Origin: Auanema rhodensis
Taxonomy: Eukaryota > Animalia > Nematoda
Direction: 5' to 3'
Length of the DNA: 64,000 nt
NCBI GenBank assembly: GCA_964057225.1
Contig: OZ059898.1
Span: 8,184,001-8,248,000 of the forward strand
Shown piece by piece: positions 38,101 through 51,086 of the stretch (position 1 is the stretch's first letter; the number at the start of each line of letters is the position of its first letter). Both the position numbers and the translations under genes were made by a program. The notes below the pieces were generated by a model that was not told where the DNA came from, searched no databases, and was given only the letters and a program-made list of their open reading frames with translations.

Positions 38101-38396
38101 TTGCTGGGGAGAAAAAGTCAGTACAGGATCAGATCTATGAACCAGATAATGATCATTCCTCAAAGGCCTCTAGCAAACCTTCAATAAATACCGCAGAAGA
38201 TATTAGTAATGAGCCTAATCCAGATCAAGATGATTTATCAGTGACTGAGGAGGTAAGCTGCGACATTTGTCGCAGAATCAATTAAATTTTTAAGAAAAAT
38301 GTGAGAGACAAAAACAAAATAAAGAAGAAGAAAAAGAAGGAGATAGCTTCAGCTGAGCAATCTGAATTGGCTGTTGAGCTTAAGAACGATAAAAAG
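35148..38396 (+). CDS. ~650 aa low-complexity Ser/Thr/Lys-rich region with SxIP and S/T-P-K-K motifs; probable N-terminal extension of MPP10
   Basis: About 16 short exons joined in frame from ATG 35148 (MSSRIPRPT...) through the SPKK-rich exon 37644-38251 to an AAG|GTTTGT donor at 38396, with no in-frame stop. Confidence 0.8.
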
Positions 38397-39138
38397 GTTT
38401 GTTTTGTTTTTCGTATTCCAGTTAATATTTTGTTTTCTCTATTACTTAAGTCTTTCTTAAAAGAATTATCGACTACCATGAGTGTCTGTGCCAGCCTTAT
38501 TGCTTGCTATTAGTATAGCAAGAGAGAGAGCCATTCTGCGTCTCTGCTGCTGCGTATATAGTCTGTCACTCTTGATTTGATACACTCTCTTCCAGTCAGT
38601 CGGCGTTGTCGACTGGGTTCCGCCTCTTGAATTCTCATGTGTTGTGTTGGTATCCTGCAGACTTTTCTTTTAAATTTATTGTATTTCTAATTATCATTTA
38701 GTTAGCCTAATCACCTCATTAGCACACAGAGTAAGACACAAACGCATCAGCTAGACGCGAAAGCAGTGCGTCCTCCATATTTGGCCAGTCCCTATCAAAC
38801 CCTTTCTCTCACGCATACTCACCGACAGACTAACCCAATTGATTTGCACCGTTTACCCCCAACACCATTTGCTTTTCATCTTGGTGTTCCGCGAAATAGG
38901 CTATAGATTATGTATAGTTCCATCGTTTTCTACTTTTTATTATGAGGCGCTTATATTCCATGCGTTTTATAAAATCTCGTACCAATCTATGTCTAATGAA
39001 TTGAGTCTATTCCCCACTCACCATCCTACAAGATCTGGCTGATCACGAAGGAGTGTACAACTGTGTTCCTTCAATTGATTTGCAATAGTTTCATAAAATT
39101 CTTTTCAAGTTATTGAACCGTGAGAAGTATGTACTGTC

Positions 39139-39142
39139 TATA

Positions 39143-39188
<46 letters not shown>
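39139..39188. repeat. (AT)n microsatellite
   Basis: Long AT run within the 2.6 kb intron. Confidence 0.9.
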
Positions 39189-39194
<6 letters not shown>

Positions 39195-40999
39195 TACATC
39201 TACATCTACCTACACATACATTGTGAGTGTGTCCGGTTTTTCAAATTATGTTTTCCTTATTTGCTTACGTTGTTGCTTCTGTCGTTCAGATTTTATGGCG
39301 TACATTCTGCTTTTTTTGAACTTAAGTTTATATGTTCGAATGTGGATCAACTATATCAAGTCATGTTCTACTTTTGCCTAGAATTTATTCGTATTATCCA
39401 TATTGATGATGTTCGTTAGGCTGCATCTGGATTTTTACGTGTGTTCATGACATATTGATAGGTTTATAAGGCATACTAGGTGCGATCCAACTATTTAAAA
39501 GATCGTGCGCGCATGTGGGCGATTTTGTCCTGAGTGCACTCGACCTTTCAACTGAACCGTTTCTACTAAGTTCACGCGAAGTATCACCCCAACTAGTTGG
39601 AATAGATAATGAATGAATAAAAATTAAATAATTTTAGCTAGTGGTACTACATAACTCTTAATCCTATCTTGTTCTAAATTTCTATCCTAGTTGTAAGGAG
39701 GGCTATACAATCGCATTATATATTAGTATGCATATTAATTGTCGATTTGTGGATCTATTTGATTTCTTCTTTATGTTTGTATAGGATTCTCTTGCCAATC
39801 AAAACCATCAACAAATTCAAAAGATTGTGTTGATTATACGTGGTGAAAAGGGATGACCAACAAACTTTCTCTCGTTTTGTATAACATCTGCAAATGTATT
39901 CACTTTTATTCACATGCTTCACGTATGAATCGAAAAGAAGGGGGACTACTACTACGTATGGATTCTAAGCGATTGACAATCAGACAGATTTTGATACGAT
40001 GTGTCAATTGGTGTTCGGGGATTGTTGGTGAGAAAGGGCGCTGCTGTTGCTGCTGTATGGCGGTGATGATGATGGTGGTTGGGGTGCTGGTAGTGTCTAT
40101 CCTTCTGTTTCTCTCTCACTTTCACTCTTACTCTCTGTCTCGCTCGCTCTGTGTGCCTGCTTGAAAACCTGTTGCATTTGCGCGATTTGCTCACCGCGTA
40201 TATACACCCACATCATAGGACACTAATCATATGCCTTCGTTTTCTTCATTTCACGTCGTCCAGCTTTTCTTTCTGATTTCGATCTTTATCGATTAGTATA
40301 TCATGATATATCCGAGAAAAATAAAAGAAGGACAAATAGATTATTCACAAGACCAATTAAACTATTTTTCTTTTGTAGCAATTTACTGAACTTGGTTCAA
40401 GACTATTACAAGCTTCCATGATTTTATACTACTAGGCTTGCGTTGTTTACGAACGTTGAGTAGTAGATCGGAAGAAAAGAAACCGGTTCACTTAGTTATT
40501 CTGCTGCCGTCATAATCGATTAATATTATTGTAGATAATTTTTGGTCCGTTTATGAATTTGGATAGCGCTCTGTTGTCAGCGTTTTTTTATATTCGTTTG
40601 AGTTTTATCATTCATCGTTATCGTTCATTCACTTCGGTGCATGTGCTTTTTCATTTTTCGCTGCTGGTCGAAGGCCTTTCATGTTAGCTTAGGTGCTGAT
40701 TTGATTTGTTCAATCGATTACTATCGTCCAACACTAAAAAAAGTATCTCTAGGCTCTTATGTTGAGAAAAGCTGCTTTGTCAGAATGTTTCTTTGGGTTT
40801 AGCTTTACTTTTAACATGAACTTTCTTAAACGCTTAATATTAATTTTCTGTTTTGACTGGGCACTTGTTCCAGTTAGAGTTGTTCAAAATTTGGGAATTT
40901 GTTCATTTGCATTACTATTTTGATCTGTTTTCTATTTCTATTCTATCGAGAGTTTTCTCTTATTTTTCCCAATTAAATAATTGACATAGTTGTTTCTAG

Positions 41000-43633
41000 G
41001 GTAAGAAAGCTACTGCACTGTCTGTTCAAAGCGGTGACGAAGAAGATCTCGTCGATCCAGCACAGGACGACGAGAAGAAAGATAATGGATTCTATGCGGA
41101 AGTAACTTTCAAAAGTCTCTTCAAGAAGTGAGTTATCAGCTTCTACTCATTTTTCGTTTTTGATCAATAATGTTTTGCAATTCAATTGCTATCTTCTTCA
41201 TTCGTTTGTTTTCACGTTTTATGTGTGTCGTTTTGCAGACCTATTACAACTGAGAAAAAGATTAACCAGACTCTTGCTGAGCTCTATACTTGGACGTGTA
41301 AGCTGAGAAAACGAAAGAATGATCTTTGTGATGTTTTTCTCAATGACCAAACTGAAACAATATGGCAGCAAATCTCTCACAAGAATATACAACTCTTCAA
41401 AACCTACAAAAAATATAATGTTTGTTCATTTTTTTTGCCTTTTTTATTTCACCAATGCCCTTCCATTTTAGTCGCTACTAGACGAAAAGATTGAGTTAAT
41501 CAATCAAGAAGAAAAATGTGAAGACGATGAAGATGAGGAGGATATTGAGGATGAAGAGTTTGTAGATGATGAGGAAGATATGGATGAAGATGAGGAAGAG
41601 GAAGAAGCTGATTTATTCAATTTGAAGTAAGTGTTTGAAAATTTGAATGTATATAAAAGTTTTAATTTACAGAGGTGAAGATCTCGCTGATCTTGAGAAG
41701 AAATTAGAGCAGGGAGAAGATAGCGAAGATGACGATGAATCTTCAAAAGCACCTAAGAAAAAGTTTCCTAAGAGTCCAGTTGATGACAAATTCTTCAAGT
41801 ATACTTTTGATTCAAAATTAAACCTTCTTTATTTTGTTTCAGTCTTGCTGAAATGGATGCTTTCTTGGATGAAGCTGAAAAGCAAACTGATAATGATGAT
41901 GGACTTTTGCTCACTACTGATGTAAGCTTAATAGTGCTTTATATAGTTGTAACATTTGTTGTTTAGGATAATTGGGGTGGACCTGCTGATTACAAGTATG
42001 AAGACTTTTTCGGAAAGTTAGACAATGTAGTAGAAGGCGGATCTAAGAAAGAAAAGAAGCCTAAAAAACGCTCCCGTGAAAATGAAACTGACGAATCTAG
42101 GTAATGCTATTGGCAATAGTTCATAACCTACTTTTGATTATATTTGATATATTTTCTCTGTTCACATAGCAACTTGTTCATTAACCAACTTATTACAGCC
42201 TTCCAAAAAAAAAGAAGTCAGTTCGTTGGATGGACGAGCAGGAAGCGGCCGAAGATGAGGATGAGGACGAAGACGTAGATGATGATGCAGAAGTAGAGGA
42301 TGAAGAAGTTGAAGATGGCCCAGTTTTACTTGGTGAGCAAGCTGAGGAAGATGAGGAGCCAAAGACAAAGCTTAGGCAAAACTTGAAAAAGGTACTCTAT
42401 CCAAAAAGTCATTAAAAAAATTCTGGTATATTTTAGTTGAAAGAAACTATACAAAAGATAGAAGAAGAAAATCTTCAACCTAGATCTTGGGAACTTAGCG
42501 GAGAAGTTTCTGCTGTTCAAAGATCAGAAAATGAGCTTTTGGAAAAACATCTAGATTTTGAACGTGGAATGAAAAAAGGTAAGATACATTCTACTTTGTA
42601 TTGTTGTTTATCTTTATTGTTTTAAAGCTCCTGAAGTGAATGAAGATTTTACTGAAAAATTGGAATCTATCATTCTTCAAAGAATCAAGGACAATGTAAG
42701 TTGTACCATACGCTTTTTTCTGAAACAGTTTGACACTTCCAGGTCTTTGATGATGTTGTTAGAAAGAAGAAGGTCGAAGAACGTGTTGAAGATTATAGAA
42801 ATGAGGCTATCGAAGAAAGAGAAATGGTTAAAAAATCACTTTCTGAAGTCTACGAGAAAGAGTATCAACAAGCTGCTGGGGTTTGTTTAAATGTGTAATA
42901 TCTTTTGAAAAAGTTTTTATAGGAAGTTGAGAAGGATAAGCCTAATGAGCTACATGTCTCGATTAAAAATAGCATCAAAGATCTTTTCCGTCTTATCGAT
43001 GCTCTCTCACATAACGAATACACTCCACCTGAGGTTGGATTAAATTCTTCTAATATAATTTTTAACTTGAACTTTTCAGGTTCGACCAGAAGTTCGTGTT
43101 GTTTCTAATATGGATGCTCTACGAGTCGAAGAAGTCGGTATTATGGCATCTACCGATTCTCAATTGTTAGCACCAGAAGAAGTGAAAAAGAGAGAAAAGG
43201 GCGATATCAAGGTATCAAAATCTTATCAAAATGTTACATTGCATACGTCTGTAGGCTGACGATGAAAGAACAACCACCGACAAGTTGCGTCAAAGACGCA
43301 AAAAGAAAATGAAGCAGAGGTATTTTTCTTTTCCATTTTTTTATCATTTTCTGATCTATCAGAGCTATGGTCATGGTTATGGGAGATACGAAGACGGTTG
43401 ATGAAGGTGAAAAGAAGAAAAAGAAAAAGAATGAGGATGAAGGAGCTAGTCTTAAGAGCAGCAACTTCTTTAATCAATTGCAAGAAACTGTCCAAAAGGT
43501 ATGATTTCGCAACAATAACACAACATTATTCGTTTCTCCTTTTTTTTAGGAATTGAAAGAGAAGACTAGTAAGAAGAAGAAGATGAAGTCAGAAAATGTT
43601 TCTTCCAGTGGCGGATCTAAATTCAAACTATAA
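41000..43633 (+). CDS. MPP10: U3 snoRNP protein MPP10 (MPHOSPH10) core
   Basis: Motifs ETIWQQI, KSPVDDKFF-SLAEMDAFLDE, WELSGEV..QRSENELLEKHLDF, LESIILQRIKD..FDDV, KKSLSEVYEKEY, LIDALSHNEYTP, LLAPEE, C-terminal SKFKL*. Confidence 0.95.
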
Positions 43634-43954
43634 AGCTGGTTAGGTTATTTTGTCCATAATACGTTTAATGTGATGCAATTTGTTATTCGTTTTTGGTATG
43701 CTACAAATTAGCTCAATTTATTGTTTCTTGTTATTGTTATTGTTATATGTTTATCTTGTTGAATTCATGCAAACCTTTTTTCTTTGAATGTTTTACAATT
43801 TGGGTCTTCCAACCCTTGAATACTTTTTGCAACTTGTCATCTCAAGTTGTTTCCGATTTCAATTTTATTTTGTTTTTTACATGCATTTTTTCCAGTTGCA
43901 GGGTTTTGACCAGCTGTGCCCAGTCTTTTTGCTTTTTAATTCTAATAGTGTATA

Positions 43955-46538
43955 ATGTATTCTGGGGCTGGACCCGGACAATATGCTCAACCTCCTATGA
44001 GTGCTGGTATGGGTGGACCTATGGTTCAACAAGGTTCCCAGCCCAATCAGATGCCTCCTCATATGGCAATGCAGCAAAACCATCCTGTTCAGCAGCCAAG
44101 GATGGTATATTGGTCTTTGAACTTGCTCTTTAGTTTATATTCGATTTCCAGATGATGCAACAGCCTCACATGCAGGGTGTTCCTGGTGGAATGAGGCCTC
44201 CTTATGCTCAACCGGCGATGATGGCTCAGCGTAAGTATTATTAAAATAAGTACATTTTAACTTTTTGTGTTATAGATGGCATGGTTAACATGTATGGACA
44301 ACCTCAGATGCCGTCCATGAGAGTTAATCAGAATGAAATGTATGTTTCATGCCGAATATATTTCAATGTACTCTGAATTTGATTAGGTATAATCGTTTTC
44401 CTCATGATTGGAAACAACAAGGACCAATACCTAAGGAAACTGCTCCTGAAAAACGCCATAAGACTATGAACTATGCTAAGGTGCTCTTTCAATTTGTATT
44501 AGTGTAATTCCGGCATGTTTAGATTCAACAACAGCAACAACAGCAGCAGCAGCATCAACAAATAGCTAACCGGGCTATTGGACAACATCCTTGTAAGTTC
44601 AATTTTTAAAGCTCTTTTTTCTACAATATGTTATAGATAACACCCCGCAACATATGATGCCTCCAAACAGAGCTCATCCAATGTATCCAAACCCAGGAAG
44701 TAATATGCAGCAAATGTCTCATCCAAGTGTGCCACTTCATCCGCCGTCTCAACAACCGCATACCATGTAATTTATTAATCAGTTGACTTATAGTTTATTT
44801 TTTATATATAGCACCAACAGGAGAATGATACCTAACTCTATGCATGGAAACATTCCACAGAACCTACAGCCTAGCATGCATACTACAATGGCATCTTCGC
44901 CTTCCGCTCCGGGAGTAGGAATTGCTTCTGGCTCTACTGGCATGCCAACCACTCAATCTACCTCAACTGTTCAAAGACCTATGCCCAGTCCTCAGGTCAC
45001 TGCATTTGCTACGAATACGGCTCCTTCTGGATCGCCAGGTTCAGCTATGAATGCCAACCCTGGGTCTGCACCTTCTCCACAGATTTCACAAAATCTACCA
45101 CTGCATACTCGTAAGTTGTCTCCATTGTTTGTCATTGTGTTATTACTGTCCTTATAGAGCCTGTAATGAAACCGACAGGAGCACCCGACCCAGAGTATGA
45201 ACAGCTAAAAAACGAAATGAAAGAGAAATATTACGAACAGTTAAAGAGAGTGGGAGATAGATGCACTTTAGATAATTGTCCGAAGCCACGTGGTTTCACA
45301 CAACTCATGGAGATCTTCGAAGCGAAGAGGTATCTAAATATATATTATTGAACTATTCGTTATCTTATTCTTATTAAAGGGATGTTAACTTTAAACTTCT
45401 TACTATCGTACGCGAACAACTCATTGGTGTCTTGGAGAAATACTCCTTGTCTTATGATGTTATGAGCGAAGTTAAGAAGATGCATAAGGAAATTTCTGAC
45501 TGCAAGCCAGCCAGTGAGTTTTTGGAATAGAAGTATTTTTCCTAACTCTTATCATAAAGGTGCTCCTGCTTCTATGAATTCTGGAGCACATGATCCTTGG
45601 AAACCTGTTCGGCATAAGTTCATCAAGTGCGTTCTTAATTTAATATTTTTTTTAATTTTTTCCTCAAATAGAGTTCCTGATGATATCATGAAGCTTATTT
45701 CGGATGATGAGACATCTTCTGCAAAAGCTGAAAAACGTCATTTGAATGCTGATTCTGATGACGCTCCTCCGACAAAAGCTGCTAAGATAGAAATAGGTAT
45801 TTTTTCTTCTCAAAGATGTTTTTATTTTTTGTCCTTTCTTAGATGGCGCAGCCACTGTTCACAGCTTTTCTCAATCCGCTAGTGGTATAAATGCTATTCG
45901 TCGCTTTTCTCGTCGAGTGGCCAGCACCGATGATGAAGAAGCTGGAAGTAGATTGTCCTCTGAAGAAGGTGTTAAACAAATTGAAATCGAATGCCTTTTC
46001 GACCAAACTCGTAAATGGGTTATGTCGACGACAGCATCAGCTGAGTTACAACATATCCCTTGGAGAATAGAGAGAGATGCCCTTCCTCCATCTTTCCGTA
46101 GTCCAGACGTTATTTTGTCATTTGATTCCTTAACTGTAAGTGTTTTTGTTAAATTTATCTTTATAACATATATTTTAAGCTTTCTTGTCATCCTCTCCTT
46201 GTACTTGTACCACAAACTTATCCACTCGATTCTCCTGTTATTCAATTTGATAAATCGTTCCCTAGCGGAGCTCCGCTTTCGAAACAACTCTCAATGGTTT
46301 GCTTTCACTGTTTTTTTTATTTATGTATCTCCTCTTCAGATATTCGAGAGGTGTCTCTCTTTGGCTTCTTCGCGGTCTTTAACATGCATATATGAAGCTT
46401 TTCGTTCTGCTTGTGAGGAGTTGGTCAAGCTAAAGGTATGCTTCAACATTTCACTCATATCTTTAAACTTTGCTTTAGGGCGTGCTTAACGGGCACTATA
46501 TACCCAGTAAACACCAGCAAAAACAACTTGTTGCTTAA
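43955..46538 (+). CDS. Q/P/M-rich protein with MED15-like middle and C-terminal domains, no KIX domain
   Basis: Prion-like N-half (QQQQ, MPPH); helical EYEQLKNEMKEKYYEQLKR; C-terminal HPLLVLVPQTYPLDSP and SRSLTCIYEAFRSAC resemble MED15 PPLxLxVPxxYPxxSP and S(V/I)TxxLxxW; ends KQLVA*. Confidence 0.65.
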
Positions 46539-48184
46539 ATGTCGCTTTTGAAAAAAATCCTCCTCTTTCGGTAAACTAAATATTCTGAGAATTATTTTCA
46601 ATTTCTTTGTTTTAGTGCTTGTCCTGCCTTTTACCGGGTTCATCGTTAACGTTGTCTCTCGGTGTGGTTGACCTAGTCTAACCGAATCATTCCTGCTTAA
46701 ATGCAAGCTTACAGCTATTTCAAGCTTTCCAAGTCTGTTGGTTTTTCTGTGTATTTAGATACTAGAGTTGTTTTATCCTTAGTGCTTTTTCGTATCCGAA
46801 CTCCACATTGTAGAGAAGTTTGGATTACAATCAGCAGTGTATCATCCCAGTTTTATATAACACTTAACTCTTAAAGTCTGTATTTCTGAAAATAAAAATG
46901 CAGAATTGTGTCACGTTCCCGCAACTGACCACCCCTTCTTGTCACTATCCGCCTATCTACTCAGCTACCTATAGCGTAATACACTCAAAACAAAAAAATC
47001 ATTGTGCTATGTCATTTTTGTTGGCTTTTGCAATCAGGTACCCCAACCATCTCTTATATTTGAAATCCGCTAGTTGTTTTATCATTTCTTAGACAGCCTT
47101 AGTGCTGCCAATCTAGTGCTGGTCAAATTTCGAGGAACATCCTCGTTGCCCTTGTAGATTCTCATGATCATGGAATGTGCAACAACACTGTTCTTTCTAT
47201 TCCCCTTTTCTCTTCTATTCTTTCGCTTTGATTTCTAAATATAAAACTTTCAAGCGCAACACTTTCTCAGACGTGCTTGTATTCCTCAGCTCAGATTATT
47301 CTTTAGTGCCTTTCCTAGTGGATTCATCGCCTTCTTGCTATTTAAAAAAATGCCTTTTATAGTCTTGACAATAGAGAATTTTAGCTAGGTATAATCTTTC
47401 CCTGGGTTGAATTTTGGCCAGTGCGCTCACAGATTCTCAATTAAAAAAATCCATAAAAAAATATGTATTGTAATTCCTTTATATGATTCCTCTGATAAGT
47501 CGTTTATTCCATGTTTGTCACAATAGTGACCCTCTTTGATCATCGTCTCATTTGCTTCGTTTTCTCTCATATATGATTTATTCGTATGAATTGTCAAAAA
47601 ACTGATTGGAGATTGTCTTTGTAAAGCATTACCTTGCTTCTACATCTTCTAGTGTTCTTATCCCGTTACAAAATAATGTATCTATAGTGATTTCTAAATT
47701 GTCCCATTTCATCCCGTTAACTTGTGATGTTTTTATGTATGGGTAGACTTCTAGGTTGTGTGTTGTGCATATATCTAAAACAAATGTCTATGTGGCTTCA
47801 TATATACATAATAATTTGTTAGCATGTGCCAGCCTGTATATTCCTAAAGTTCTAATGTTGTTTGTGTGGATGTGTAAATCTTAGAAAGATTAGTTGAACA
47901 TGTCTTAATTTGACTTCAAATCTTAGAAGAAATTGCTACTGTTCTTTTTAGAATCTATCGCACTCACTCATTGTATTTGTGTACAACTTCTTGTGATTAC
48001 TTGACTTTTATTGTATGGCTGGGCACAGTATCGTTAATAGAGTATATGTTACGCCCATACCTATCGTTCCATATCAGTACATAGTATTTATTATTTAAAT
48101 GCCTGAATAAAAATATAATTAATATATAAATGTTTCTTGTTATATTCGGTAAAAACATATATGATTGTGCCAGTGCTGTTTTGC

Positions 48185-51086
48185 CTAATGGAGCAGGAAC
48201 GTAATTATTAAGCCCATTATGGATAAGCTTGCTGCCGCGCTCTACAAGCAACAGTAGGTTAAATTTAAGCATCAAATATCTATTTCACGTACGTCTGTCT
48301 GTCCCCAAGGATATTTTTCCTTAATATACTGGCAATTTGCTTTGGACTGTGCTTGATATTTAGGTAAATCCTTCAATACTGGTAGTGGTATATTGTCATA
48401 TATAAAGGCTCTTAAGATAGCGACTATCTATAAGTATAGAGTGTTTATAAATTTGAAGGCAAACAAAGAAAAAGTAAAAACTAGCCTGATAACGAGCATT
48501 AGTGACTGGTGCTGGATCACAACTATTGGGGGTTCTTAAGTCCAAATGATGAGCGGCATATGGAATTTCAAAAGCGTAAATGCCTCTGCTTTGTGACACT
48601 GATTTGCTATTTGAAGCGTATCCTCCACCAGACCATGGGTCTAAGCTTCCTTGTCTAAATACTGACTGGATAAAGAATTTTTAGAACATTGACACTGACG
48701 TCAAAATAATGTTGCTGGCGTCCTTCATACTGAAACCGTAAATTTGGCGCACTGCATCAATATTCCATACTTTATTTGTCCAATTTAAGCTTAAAAGTTA
48801 GAAAATGAGATTTATCAATACATTTGGGTATTACCTCTTAAATATATCCTCACATCCTTCTCTTAGTTGGACAAAATTATCAGTTGAGCATTCATTCATG
48901 AAGAAATCGTTAGGCATCCCCTGAGCACACATGTCCATTATAAGTTCTGAACACTCCTTAAAGTATTATTATTAGTTAAAAGCTATTTAAAATTATAAAA
49001 AACCTGCCATGGCCAACCAAGACTATCTCCTAAACTTCCAGTACCTTGATCTCCACAAATATTTGGATCAATACAGTTTTTTTTTCCAGTGACTAAAATA
49101 ATATAAGTAAATCTTCATACTTAAAGGGAAAGGTGCAGTTTCAACAATAATATAACTCAAAAAAAGATTAACACTTTAAATATTTTTATTTTATTATATA
49201 TTTTATTATAAAAAATAAATAATTACTTACTTGTTGTATTGTAATATACGGAAACTGCTTGACTCATCGCAGTAACAAGTTGCAGATCGGTAAAGTTTGT
49301 TCCATTTTGATTAAGATATGTGCAAGCTTGCTGGAGAAATACACAATTATTAGTTTTTGTATTGGAATAGAAAGTAGTATGTAACGTAAAATAAAACTAA
49401 CAATAACTGGATCTGCAGGTAATGGCATCAAGAATGTAGTTGGATAAGGGTAATCCGTCATAGCCATGTATTCAATACCTTCTCTAAACAATTGAAAATT
49501 CATTTTTATAAAAATTTCTATTTTAGATATTTACCTAACATATGCAATAAGGTTGTCTACAGTATTGCTATCACTTAGTGGAGGATCAAGATTAAACAAA
49601 TCATCAAGTTTCTTTCTACCATCTTCAGTTTTTGACATATTTCTCATTGCATTCCATGAATTAGCAATCATGAAAATATTGCAATTGCTCTTTTGATATG
49701 TTCTATAATGAAAAAATATTCAATTATTATTTTTATAAATTTAAATTTAAATTTATAGTATTAATATTATCGTTCATCTAAATATTTTATAAAATTTTAA
49801 TTTTATATTTTCTGCAATCATACGAACTTCTTTCTCCAAATTTTTCTCAAATTATGGTTATGGAAAACGAAGAGAACTATTCTTTAAATCTCTGCTTGAG
49901 TTTATTTATAATATTTTTGAAAAATATTTTAGTTATTCTAAATATTTTTTTTCCGTTCGAATACTTTCAATCGTTTTCGATTTTCTCTTATCATCTAAGT
50001 TAATTTATTGTTACCTTGTTGTGATGTGATCAAATGCTCCTTCTGGAACATTTGCTCCACGGAAGTATAAAAGTGGAGCCGATGATGCCCATGCCCTGTA
50101 ATAATTAGTGTTCAAATATGAGATCAACGTTGTCAAATGATAAATTAACACTGATAAGAACACAACGAAGTCTAGAAACCAATTTTTGACTTACCCATCG
50201 ACCAAATGTGGATATTTCATTCGCATCCATGCGGAAAGCATACCTCCATATGATCCACCAAAAGCTATAACTTTTGTTTCAGCTGGGAAGGAAATCTTGA
50301 GTGTGTTATTCGGTCTCTACAATAAGATTTTTAAATTCAAAGTAATGCAAAATTTAAAAGTGAATTAATGAAAAAAGATTAAGAATAACCTTGAGTTCGG
50401 TCAAGAATTGAGCATAATCAGCAAGCGCTTGTTGAGAGGTAAGATAACCTAAGTGTGGAATATTCTTAAAAATAGAATATGTAGGAATACTTAGATTGTT
50501 TTAGATCTCTACCTCATAAGATATGGTAGAATTAACAAAAGGTTGGGAAGTTCCATAAAAACGATGTTCAGTAAATACAATAGCAGCATTGAACATTGGA
50601 GCCAAATCAAACATTATACCCTATAAATAATTTTTTTAAATATCATTTTAATTTAAATATCTTCTTAATTACAGTAGCAGCTGCAAATGTTTCAACACTT
50701 CCTTCATTTCCAGTGTAGAAGAAGACTGGCCCTCCACTTTTGTATGAATCCATATTATAAAGATATCTATAAATTAAAGAAAACAAATATTAAAATATAT
50801 AAACAAACTATAACATACTTCATTTTATATGTTGTAGTTTCACTAAAACTAAATTGATCAACTTTAGCATTGAAATAATCAGTTTTATATGGCACAGTAG
50901 CGTCAGAACTGAACACTAAAAATAATTGTAATTGAGAAAATGATGCTCAAGTTTTAATTTTAACTATAACAACTTACTTTTAGGATTAAGTTTTCTATGA
51001 AATTCTCCTTTAACAACAGGATCTCGTAATCCTCGTAAAGCATGACATCCTACCACTAAAGTAAGAAACAGCAAAAGCTTGCTCAT
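48185..51086 (-). CDS. Prolylcarboxypeptidase (peptidase S28, PCP-1-like), signal peptide and GPI-like C-terminal tail
   Basis: [16 protein letters not shown] signal; [28 protein letters not shown], catalytic GGSYGG, GSLDPW, AHHLDLR; last exon [18 protein letters not shown]. Confidence 0.93.

Noticed and set aside
39853-40194. Overlapping ORFs on both strands in the long intron
   Set aside because: Driven by GAT/GCT/CT simple repeats; no protein-like signature or splice support.
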